A stretch of 32,000 nucleotides of DNA from Idiomarina loihiensis L2TR (lineage in GTDB: Bacteria; Pseudomonadota; Gammaproteobacteria; Enterobacterales; Alteromonadaceae). The notes under the pieces are model-generated. The model searched no databases. It worked only from the letters and a program-made list of their open reading frames with translations, and had not been told where the DNA came from. This document shows positions 1 to 7,832 of the stretch, piece by piece (the first letter of the stretch is position 1; every line of letters begins with the position of its first letter). The DNA lies in contig NC_006512.1 in NCBI RefSeq assembly GCF_000008465.1, positions 480,001 through 512,000 of the forward strand, written 5' to 3'. A program made the translations under genes and the position numbers.

Positions 1-1
1 T

Positions 2-730
2 GACTTAGTTGCTAACTACAAAGCTTACGCCGAGTTCAATTATCAGGAAGAAATTGCCAAAATTGGTGGTCCTGTTGATGAAGAAGACTGGGGTATGACT
101 CCGCAAACAGTCAACGCCTACTACAGCCCGGTACGTAACGAAATCGTTTTCCCGGCTGGCATTCTGCAGCCTCCATTCTTTGATATGGACGCTGAAATGG
201 CGGTGAACTATGGTGGTATCGGTGCGGTAATCGGCCACGAAATGGGACACGGTTTTGACGACCAGGGCGCCAAATATGATGGCGACGGTAACCTGCAAAG
301 CTGGTGGACTGATGCTGATAAAAAGGCGTTCGAGGAACGGACTCAGCAACTGTCTGAACAGTATAGCCAGTACGAGCCAATTGAAGGCCTTAATGTTAAT
401 GGTGACCTGACTCTGGGTGAAAACATCGGCGATTTAGCCGGCCTGACCATCGCGTACGAAGCCTACAAAATGTCATTAGAGGGCGAAGAAGCCCCAGTTC
501 TTGACGGCTTTACCGGTGAACAGCGCGTGTTCATTGGCTGGGCTCAGGTATGGCGCGGCAAGTATCGCGAAGACGCAATTCGTGAGCAGGTTATGAGTGA
601 CCCGCACTCGCCAGCGGAGTATCGAGTAAATGGTACTGTTGTTAACGTTCCGGCGTTCTACGAAGCCTTTGATGTTGAAGAAGGTGACGAATTGTACGTT
701 GCGCCTGAAAACCGCGTTACTATCTGGTAA
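2..730 (+). CDS. M13-family zinc metallopeptidase (PepO/neprilysin-like), C-terminal part; 5' end outside window
   Basis: Frame is open from nt 2. HExxH zinc motif (VIGHEMGHGFD). NAYYSPVRNEIVFPAGILQPPFF and GENIGDLAG blocks are typical of M13 peptidases. C-terminus ...NRVTIW. Confidence 0.85.
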   Translation, partial: DLVANYKAYAEFNYQEEIAKIGGPVDEEDWGMTPQTVNAYYSPVRNEIVFPAGILQPPFFDMDAEMAVNYGGIGAVIGHEMGHGFDDQGAKYDGDGNLQSWWTDADKKAFEERTQQLSEQYSQYEPIEGLNVNGDLTLGENIGDLAGLTIAYEAYKMSLEGEEAPVLDGFTGEQRVFIGWAQVWRGKYREDAIREQVMSDPHSPAEYRVNGTVVNVPAFYEAFDVEEGDELYVAPENRVTIW

Positions 731-741
731 TATAGCGGACT

Positions 742-1095
742 ATGAAAACATTAACGGTTGTCTGGATATTGGTTACAGCACTGCTGGTGGGGAGTTTCTC
801 CTCACCAGCAGTGCATGCTATGCCGATGTCAGACACCGTTAGTGCTTCGTCATCTCAGGATATGTCACAGCATGACTGTTGTGATGAGTCCGATATATCA
901 ATGGAGCAATCGAACTGCGACAGTGAAAGCTCCTTTTGCCAGCAGTGTGAACAACATTGTGCGGGTCAACTGGCGCTGTTGAACCCATTCAAACAACTTT
1001 CGCCAGCAGCATCCACGCACGCTGCCCATCCCCTTTATTCAAACCTTCCGGTTATTACTGAAACGCTGATACGTCCGCCGAAATACGCAGTTTAA
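742..1095 (+). CDS. Secreted Cys/Asp/Glu/Ser-rich small protein; possible periplasmic metal-binding accessory of the downstream Cus-like pump
   Basis: 117-aa ORF with a clear signal peptide (MKTLTVVWILVTALLVGSFSSPAVHA). Mature part has 7 Cys in DCCDES / NCDSESSFCQQCEQHC clusters. Lies 44 nt upstream of cusB on the same strand. No family recognised with certainty. Confidence 0.55.
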   Translation: MKTLTVVWILVTALLVGSFSSPAVHAMPMSDTVSASSSQDMSQHDCCDESDISMEQSNCDSESSFCQQCEQHCAGQLALLNPFKQLSPAASTHAAHPLYSNLPVITETLIRPPKYAV

Positions 1096-1138
1096 GCCCA
1101 GTTTTTACGTCTTAAACCTTTGTTTTCGAGGAAATACC

Positions 1139-2380
1139 ATGCGTTATTGGATAGCGATATTACTCCTGATCCCACTTCTATCTGTGGCTCAGGAACACAA
1201 CCACAATCATTCAGAAGATCAAAACCCGTTTGAGCAGAGCTCCGAGTACGTGTGCCCTATGCACAGTCAGGTGGTTCGGAACGAGCCGGGAACCTGCCCA
1301 ATTTGTGGGATGGATTTAGTCGAGAAAGAGCCTAAACAGGACCTTTCTGAGCATGAAGGAGAAAAAAGCTTCACCGTGCCGGAGTCCAGTCAGCAGGCTA
1401 TTCGGGTAACTACCGCAAAAGCGGTTCGCAAAGACCTGCAACCGCAGCTTATGGCACAGGCTCAGGTACGCTGGCAGGAGTCCGCTCAGCGGCATATCCA
1501 CAGCCGCGCCGAAGGCTGGGTAGAAGAATTACATGCTGACGTTGAAGGACAGTGGGTAGAGAAGGGTGACAAACTCTACAGCCTGTATGCACCAGACTTA
1601 GTTGTGGCTCAGGACGACTACCTGCAGTTACTTGATTCACTCTCAGATATCCGTAACGGTAACAGTCAGCAAAGTTTTAAACGCCGCGGCCAGCAGCGTC
1701 TGCGTTTGCTCGGTATGAGCGAAGCGCAGATTAAAGCTCTGGAACAAGGTGGCGAAACCGAATATGTGGTCGATTACTACGCACCTGAGTCGGGCTATAT
1801 TACCAGTCTGGATATTCAGGAAGGCATGTACGTGTCTCCGGGGCTTAAGTTGCTGACGCTGACGCAGGATAATCAACTGTGGTTCTTTGCCGATGTTCCG
1901 GCGCATTACAGCAAACAGTTAAAAATCGGGCAAATGGCCCATATTTCTTCTGAGCACTTCCCTGGCGGCCACTGGATGAACGCCATTGACTATATTTATC
2001 CACAAATTGACCCGGTAACCCAGACAATCAAAGTACGTATTCCGGTTAACGACTCTATTGATCGGCTGCGTGAAGGACTCTGGGCGACGGCTCATATTGA
2101 ACTGGAGGCAGTAAAAGATGCTGTGGTTGTGCCGGTTGCCAGCTTAATTGTCACCGGTGCCAATAACCGCGTGGTGGTAAAATCCGGAGCGCGCGAATTT
2201 GAAGTGCGCGAAGTGACGACCGGGCTGCGTGTGGGTAACCAAATTGCCATTGAAGAAGGCTTGCAGGAAGGTGAGTTAGTGGTCACTTCCGGGCAATTCC
2301 TTCTGGATTCAGAGGCCAGCTTGCAAGGTCTGGGTCTGGATAGCAGCGATGATGCCCCTGCGCCACAACATAACCACTAG
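1139..2380 (+). CDS. cusB: Heavy-metal (Cu/Ag type) RND efflux periplasmic adaptor, CusB-like
   Basis: Signal peptide. His-rich N-terminus (HNHNH) and C-terminus (PQHNH). YVCPMH...CPICGMDL heavy-metal-binding Cys motif. Membrane-fusion-protein body. Stop lies 8 nt before cusA, with a GGAGG SD. Confidence 0.85.
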   Translation: MRYWIAILLLIPLLSVAQEHNHNHSEDQNPFEQSSEYVCPMHSQVVRNEPGTCPICGMDLVEKEPKQDLSEHEGEKSFTVPESSQQAIRVTTAKAVRKDLQPQLMAQAQVRWQESAQRHIHSRAEGWVEELHADVEGQWVEKGDKLYSLYAPDLVVAQDDYLQLLDSLSDIRNGNSQQSFKRRGQQRLRLLGMSEAQIKALEQGGETEYVVDYYAPESGYITSLDIQEGMYVSPGLKLLTLTQDNQLWFFADVPAHYSKQLKIGQMAHISSEHFPGGHWMNAIDYIYPQIDPVTQTIKVRIPVNDSIDRLREGLWATAHIELEAVKDAVVVPVASLIVTGANNRVVVKSGAREFEVREVTTGLRVGNQIAIEEGLQEGELVVTSGQFLLDSEASLQGLGLDSSDDAPAPQHNH

Positions 2381-2388
2381 GAGGTTTT

Positions 2389-5300
2389 ATGTTAGCTCGT
2401 ATTATTGAAGCCTCCATACGTAACTCGTGGATGGTGTTGCTGCTGTTCTTAGGTCTTGCATTCTGGGCCTGGCAGTCGCTGCAGCAAACCAAACTGGACG
2501 CAATACCGGACTTATCGGAAGTTCAGGTTATCGTCAAAACCAATTACCCGGGGCAAGCGCCGGCGGTAGTGGAAGAGCAGGTGACGTACCCGCTTTCGAG
2601 CGTGATGCTGTCCGTACCTAAAGCCACCTCAGTGCGCGCTTTTTCGTTCTTTGGCGACTCGTACGTTTACGTTATTTTTGAAGACGGAACCGACCCTTAC
2701 TGGGCCCGAAGCCGGGTGAACGAGTATCTGGATCAGGCACAAAGCCAGCTTCCTGACCAAGTTCGGCCGGAGTTAGGCCCCGATGCGTCCGGTATTGGCT
2801 GGGTGTATCAATACGCATTGGTTGATGAAACCAATCAGCTCAATCTGGGTGAACTAACCCGCTTGCAGAACTGGTTTTTAAAACAGGAACTGCAAAGTGT
2901 GCAGGGGGTAGCAGAAATTGCCACAGTTGGCGGCATGGTTGAAACCTACCAGGTAGTGGTGCAGCCGGAAGCTTTACATCGTTATAACCTCACCCTGAAC
3001 CAAATTAAGCAAAGCATTCAGCAGGCCAATAACGAAGTGGGCGGTTCGGTGGTTGAAATGGGTGAAGCCGAATACATGGTACGTGGCCTGGGATATCTGA
3101 AAAGCATAGAAGACATTCGCAAAATTCCCTTGCCGCTCACATCAGAGCAGCAGGGTACGGTGCTGTTGGAAGAAGTGGCGGATATTCGCATTGGACCGCA
3201 GGTACGCCGTGGCATTACCGAGCTGAATGGCGACGGTGAAGTCGTGGGCGGTATTGTGGTTATGCGCCATGGCGAAAATGCTCTACAAACCATTGCCGCA
3301 GTAAAAGATAAACTAGAAGAGCTAAAACAGGGCCTGCCCGAGGGCGTTAAAGTGGTGCCGACCTATGACCGCTCAAACCTGATCCAGGCATCGACAGATA
3401 ACCTCACCACAAAGCTGATAGAAGAAATGTTCTTTGTTGCTGTGGTGTGCATTTTGTTTCTCTGGCATGCACGCTCGGCAGTGGTGGCCATTGTCAGTTT
3501 GCCGCTGTCGGTACTGTTCGCAGTGTGGATAATGAACATGCTGGGTATCAGCGCCAACATTATGAGTCTGGGGGGAATCGCCATTGCCATTGGCGCGCTG
3601 GTGGATGCCGCCATTGTCATGATAGAGAACACCCACAAGCACCTGCAGAATTATCAGGAGCGGCACAAAATCGTGGCTAAAGGCTCGGCGCGGCTTAAAG
3701 TTGTTAATGAAGCCTGTCGCGAAGTGGGGCCTTCGCTGTTCTTCTCGCTACTGGTCATTACCGTCAGCTTTGTTCCGGTGTTTGTGCTGCAAGGCCAGCA
3801 AGGGCGTCTGTTTGAGCCTTTAGCCTATACCAAAACTCTGGCCATGGCCGCTGCCGCAATTATTGCCGTGACACTTATTCCCGTGCTGATTGCGTTGCTG
3901 GTGCGCGGGAAAATACCCGCTGAAGAAAAGAACTGGCTGTCTCGCGGTTTAATTGCGCTTTACCGACCACTGCTGGCTTTCACACTTAAGTTCCCTAAAA
4001 CCATTATTGTACTGGCTCTTTTGATCACCGCATCTGCCTGGCACCCGTATAAGCAGCTTAATTACGAGCTGATGCCGCCGCTACATGAGGGGGACCTAAT
4101 GTACATGCCTACCACACTGCCGGGCATCAGTGTTGAAAGTGCCGGTAAGCTGTTACAGCAAACCGACAAGCTCATTGCTGCGCAGCCCGAGGTTGAGCGC
4201 GTATTCGGTAAAGTTGGTCGTGCTGACACCGCCACCGATCCTGCGCCAATGACCATGATAGAAACCAGCATTACGCTGAAGCCGGAAAGCGAATGGCGTG
4301 AAGGAATGACGGTAGATGACATTATTGCTGAGCTGGATGAGCGGGTGCAGATACCCGGCGTGACTAATGCCTGGGTACAGCCCATTCGTACCCGCATTGA
4401 AATGCTTGCCACTGGTGTTAAAACCCCGTTAGCCATTAAAGTGAGCGGTAGTGATTTTCGTGAAATAGAAAAACTGGCCACCCGTATTGAAGATACGCTT
4501 TCTGAGCAGGATGCAACGGGTTCGGTCATTGCAGAGCGTTCCGGCGGAGGTCGTTATATTGAGATAGAGCCGAAATTGCGACAAGCGGCTCGTTACGGCC
4601 TGACCCAGGCCGATATCCACGAGCATATTCAGTACGCCATTGGTGGAGCGAATATTGCGACATCGGTACAGGGCAATGAGCGTTTTCCTATTAACCTGCG
4701 TTATCCGCGAGAGCAGCGCGACCATATCGAGAAGCTGAAAACCCTGCCAGTTAAATCGGCTTCCGGGCAGTGGCTGACTCTGTCCGATGTCGCCGATATA
4801 AGGGTAACTCAGGGGCCGGCCATGCTGAAAAGCGAAGATGCCCGTTTAAGCAGCTGGGTCTTTATTGAGCCGGATAAAGGCGTCACGGTTGGTGACTATA
4901 TTACCCAGGTTAGTGGCGTTATGGATAAGTTGGAAATACCGGTAGGTTACAACTGGAGCTGGACCGGGCAATATAAAGCCATGCAACAGGTGGAAAGTGA
5001 CTTAAAAGAAATCATTCCTCTGACATTGCTGGTTATTTTGTTGTTACTGTACATGACCTTCCGTTCTCTACCGCAGGCGTTACTGGTGATAGGTACCTTA
5101 CCGCTGGCATTAACCGGTAGCTTATGGCTGATTTATTTGTTGGACTACAACCTGTCACTGGCGGTTATTGTCGGCATGATAGCTCTTGCCGGTGTCGCTG
5201 CGGAATTCGGAGTGGTTATGCTGTTGTACCTGAACAACGCATGGAAAGCCGTGGCATACGACAAAAATCAGCTAAAAGCAGCAGTAGAAGAAGGCGCGTT

Positions 5301-5490
5301 GCTGCGCGTCAGACCGAAAGCCATGACCGTGCTGACCATTATTGTCGGCCTACTACCGATAATGCTGGGCGGCGGTGTTGGTAACGAAGTCATGCAGCGC
5401 ATCGCCGCTCCTATGGTGGGTGGTATGGTACTGGCACCACTAATTTCCATGCTAGTGATCCCCGCCGTGTTTTATCTAGCGCGGAAATAA
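2389..5490 (+). CDS. cusA: Heavy-metal efflux RND permease, CusA type
   Basis: 1033 aa, collinear with E. coli CusA as I recall it. The three Cu/Ag-binding Met positions are conserved in context (MYMPT, APMTMIETS, RIEMLATG). C-terminal VRPKAMTV...AAPMVGGM block present. Confidence 0.9.
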   Translation: MLARIIEASIRNSWMVLLLFLGLAFWAWQSLQQTKLDAIPDLSEVQVIVKTNYPGQAPAVVEEQVTYPLSSVMLSVPKATSVRAFSFFGDSYVYVIFEDGTDPYWARSRVNEYLDQAQSQLPDQVRPELGPDASGIGWVYQYALVDETNQLNLGELTRLQNWFLKQELQSVQGVAEIATVGGMVETYQVVVQPEALHRYNLTLNQIKQSIQQANNEVGGSVVEMGEAEYMVRGLGYLKSIEDIRKIPLPLTSEQQGTVLLEEVADIRIGPQVRRGITELNGDGEVVGGIVVMRHGENALQTIAAVKDKLEELKQGLPEGVKVVPTYDRSNLIQASTDNLTTKLIEEMFFVAVVCILFLWHARSAVVAIVSLPLSVLFAVWIMNMLGISANIMSLGGIAIAIGALVDAAIVMIENTHKHLQNYQERHKIVAKGSARLKVVNEACREVGPSLFFSLLVITVSFVPVFVLQGQQGRLFEPLAYTKTLAMAAAAIIAVTLIPVLIALLVRGKIPAEEKNWLSRGLIALYRPLLAFTLKFPKTIIVLALLITASAWHPYKQLNYELMPPLHEGDLMYMPTTLPGISVESAGKLLQQTDKLIAAQPEVERVFGKVGRADTATDPAPMTMIETSITLKPESEWREGMTVDDIIAELDERVQIPGVTNAWVQPIRTRIEMLATGVKTPLAIKVSGSDFREIEKLATRIEDTLSEQDATGSVIAERSGGGRYIEIEPKLRQAARYGLTQADIHEHIQYAIGGANIATSVQGNERFPINLRYPREQRDHIEKLKTLPVKSASGQWLTLSDVADIRVTQGPAMLKSEDARLSSWVFIEPDKGVTVGDYITQVSGVMDKLEIPVGYNWSWTGQYKAMQQVESDLKEIIPLTLLVILLLLYMTFRSLPQALLVIGTLPLALTGSLWLIYLLDYNLSLAVIVGMIALAGVAAEFGVVMLLYLNNAWKAVAYDKNQLKAAVEEGALLRVRPKAMTVLTIIVGLLPIMLGGGVGNEVMQRIAAPMVGGMVLAPLISMLVIPAVFYLARK

Positions 5491-5496
5491 CGCGGA

Positions 5497-5523
5497 GTAG
5501 CCTGACATTTATGTCAGGTGAGG
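5497..5523 (+). repeat. REP unit (GTAG head + 18-nt hairpin), left half of an inverted REP doublet
   Basis: GTAGCCTGACATTTATGTCAGGTGAGG. Exact reverse complement lies at 5713-5738. Starts 7 nt after the cusA stop. Confidence 0.85.
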
Positions 5524-5673
5524 TGGAAGATAGCGAGCGCTGGAGGTTGCAGGAACCATTGAGGAGGACGCCCGTAAATACATCCCTGTAGGGCTTGGGC
5601 AGCGCCATCCATGGCGCCGCACACCTCCTCAATGGTTCGCCGCAACCGTCGGGCGCGCTCACTATCTGCCACC
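5522..5673 (-). repeat. Family-A structured repeat, copy A1 (nested between two REPs); strand given is the inferred core-sense strand
   Basis: Conserved core GACGCCCGTAAATACATCCCTGTAGGGCTTGGGCAGCGCCATCCATGGCGCCGCACAC. Flanked by self-complementary arms: GGTGGAAGATAGCGAGCGC...GAACCATTGAGGAGG pairs with CCTCCTCAATGGTTC...GCGCGCTCACTATCTGCCACC. Confidence 0.9.
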
Positions 5674-5712
5674 GCACCTGACGCAAACTGCACCGAGCTT
5701 TCCGCCCGGCAT

Positions 5713-5738
5713 CTCACCTGACATAAATGTCAGGCTAC
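5713..5738 (-). repeat. REP unit, right half of inverted REP doublet
   Basis: CTCACCTGACATAAATGTCAGGCTAC is the exact reverse complement of 5497-5522. A degenerate REP-like CACCTGACGCAAACTGCACC lies at about 5675-5695. Confidence 0.85.
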
Positions 5739-5779
5739 GTGCTGTGATCGTCACGCGCGCAATTCCCCCAAAATTAACG

Positions 5780-6658
5780 TCAGGCGAAACTTTCCCAAAT
5801 GGCATTAGCCGCCGGGCCTAACGTCCTGTTTGCGGAGCGCACTAGGTGAATTTCCAGACGCACTTGCTGGACGAATCCGGGAATGCTGATTTCTACCAGC
5901 TTGCCCTGCTCAAGGGCGTCCAGAGCAATGTGTTTAGGAATAATGCCCCAGCCAAAACCTGCCATTAGCAATTCAAACTGAGTGTTAACCTCATTTACCC
6001 TTATGCGCTGCTGGCTGGGCAGACGCAGTACTGCATCCAGATTAATGCCTATCTCCAGGTTTTGCGGCACCAGCATAGGCAGCTCTAATAAATCCTGGCG
6101 GCTTTGCGGCATACGACCAAACTCTTTCATTAGCGCAGTTGAAATCACAACCGTTAATTCAAACGGTGCTACCGGCAGGGTTTCAAAGTCGCCATATTGA
6201 CGAAATAAAGGCAGCCAGGGGCACAAAGCTAAGTCGGCACTGCCGTTATCTATACGCTTCAGCGCCCGCATTTGTGACTCGCCGTCTACGTGCAGTTCGG
6301 TAGTCGGGTATTGTTGTTGAATGTGCTGGATGCTGGGCACCCAAAGCTTACTGTCGCAGGTATGGTCATAGCATAGTGTCAGCAGGGGTTCGGCCCCATG
6401 TTTCAACTGTGTTGCCAGCGACTGGAGACGCTGTTGCTGACGCACCACTTCTTCTGCCTGGCGTAAAAAGTGTTGCCCCTGCTCGGTCAGTTCCAGTCGA
6501 TAGCCATCGCGGTTAAATAGAGCGAAACCCGCGTTCTCTTCCAGTTTTTTTAACGCCATGCTAACCGCGGACTGTGTGCGGTTGAGTTGCTCGGCTGTTT
6601 TTTGCAGACTACCGAGGTTAGCTACCGTGATCATCATTTTTAGGTGAGATAAATTCAT
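5780..6658 (-). CDS. LysR-family transcriptional regulator
   Basis: 292 aa. N-terminal wHTH (MITVANLGSLQKTAEQLNRTQSAVSMALKKLEE) followed by a LysR substrate-binding domain. Divergent from the RND adaptor/pump pair across an AT-rich 106-bp spacer. Confidence 0.85.
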   Translation of the reverse strand: MNLSHLKMMITVANLGSLQKTAEQLNRTQSAVSMALKKLEENAGFALFNRDGYRLELTEQGQHFLRQAEEVVRQQQRLQSLATQLKHGAEPLLTLCYDHTCDSKLWVPSIQHIQQQYPTTELHVDGESQMRALKRIDNGSADLALCPWLPLFRQYGDFETLPVAPFELTVVISTALMKEFGRMPQSRQDLLELPMLVPQNLEIGINLDAVLRLPSQQRIRVNEVNTQFELLMAGFGWGIIPKHIALDALEQGKLVEISIPGFVQQVRLEIHLVRSANRTLGPAANAIWESFA

Positions 6659-6764
6659 TAAATTTTTCTGATTATCTTTTTAATTTTAATTCAATATAAC
6701 TGTAACTATACTTACGGTAAACTTATTCCAATTAAATTTCCCTGAAAATATCGGAACCGAATTC

Positions 6765-7832
6765 ATGCGCTGGCTGAAACCTCTTTCTATCGCTCTGGCC
6801 GCTGTTGTTGTAGCGGCGTGCAGTGAACAAGCAGAAGTTAATGATACTCAACAGGCGCGCCCCGCGCGGCTTATGCAGGTGGCTGAAGCCGACGGGCCAC
6901 GGTTACGTGAATTCCCTGCTGTGGTAGAGGCGGCCAAAGTGGCTCAACTGACGTTCCGTGTCGCCGGAGAAATTACTGAGTTACCAGCCCGCCCGGGTAC
7001 CGAAGTCAAGCAGGGCGATCTCATCGCGCAGTTGGATCCAACCGACTACCAACTGGCTGCTGATCAGGCAAAAGCACAATATGAGCTGGCATCATCTCAA
7101 TACGACCGAAACAAAGTTTTGGTTAATGAAGGAGTCATGTCGGAAGGCCAGTTTGATCAGATAGAGTCAGAGCTTGCGGTGGCAAAATCAAACTACGAAA
7201 CCGCCAAAGCGAATTTAGGCTATACCAAGCTCACTGCGCCTTTCGACGGCGTTGTGGCGAACCTGGCCGTGGAAGCTTATGAAAATGTGCAGGCTAAGCA
7301 GCCTATTGTTACCTTACAAATCAGCAACGCGATTGATATCAGCATTAATGTACCGGAAAAACTTTTTGCCAAGGTCAAAAAACAAATCGATTACCAGCCT
7401 GAAGTGCGCTTTGATGCCGCGCCGGAATTCACTTATCCGGCTCACTTAAAAGAGTGGGATTCGCAATCGGACGGCGCGACGAATACCTACGAAGTCGTGT
7501 TCACACTACCTAAACCGCAAAATATCAATGTTCTGCCGGGTATGACGGCAACAGTTATTGTCGACATTAATGAAGTACTGCGTTCCTCTCAAATAGGCAT
7601 GGTGGTGCCGGCAAAAGCGGTGTTTAGTGACACAAATGACGCTTCCTATGTCTGGGTTGTTAACGACGATATGCGTGTGCAAAAACGTAAAGTGAATGTC
7701 GGACCAATGACCAACGATGGCCTTACGGTACTTGACGGGCTGCAAGAAGGTGAAACCATCGTCATAGCCGGGGTTCATCAGCTGAAAGAGAATCAGCAGG
7801 TGCGTGAATGGCAACGTGAACGGGGTCTGTAA
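6765..7832 (+). CDS. RND efflux periplasmic adaptor (membrane fusion) lipoprotein
   Basis: 355 aa. Lipobox (LAAVVVAAC). Typical MFP blocks (GDLIAQLDPTDYQLA, YTKLTAPFDGVV). The TAATG overlap couples it to the pump gene. Confidence 0.85.
   Translation: MRWLKPLSIALAAVVVAACSEQAEVNDTQQARPARLMQVAEADGPRLREFPAVVEAAKVAQLTFRVAGEITELPARPGTEVKQGDLIAQLDPTDYQLAADQAKAQYELASSQYDRNKVLVNEGVMSEGQFDQIESELAVAKSNYETAKANLGYTKLTAPFDGVVANLAVEAYENVQAKQPIVTLQISNAIDISINVPEKLFAKVKKQIDYQPEVRFDAAPEFTYPAHLKEWDSQSDGATNTYEVVFTLPKPQNINVLPGMTATVIVDINEVLRSSQIGMVVPAKAVFSDTNDASYVWVVNDDMRVQKRKVNVGPMTNDGLTVLDGLQEGETIVIAGVHQLKENQQVREWQRERGL

Noticed and set aside
4062-4529. Long antisense or alternative-frame ORFs inside large genes. 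Examples: 4062-4529, 8405-8815, 8812-9318, 10483-10896, 11353-11667, 14012-14281, 15143-15490, 22947-23375 and 29067-29452.
   Set aside because: - All lie wholly inside well-supported genes on the other strand or in another frame.
- Their composition is typical of shadow ORFs (Ser/Arg/Pro/Thr-rich).
- None has a recognisable motif.
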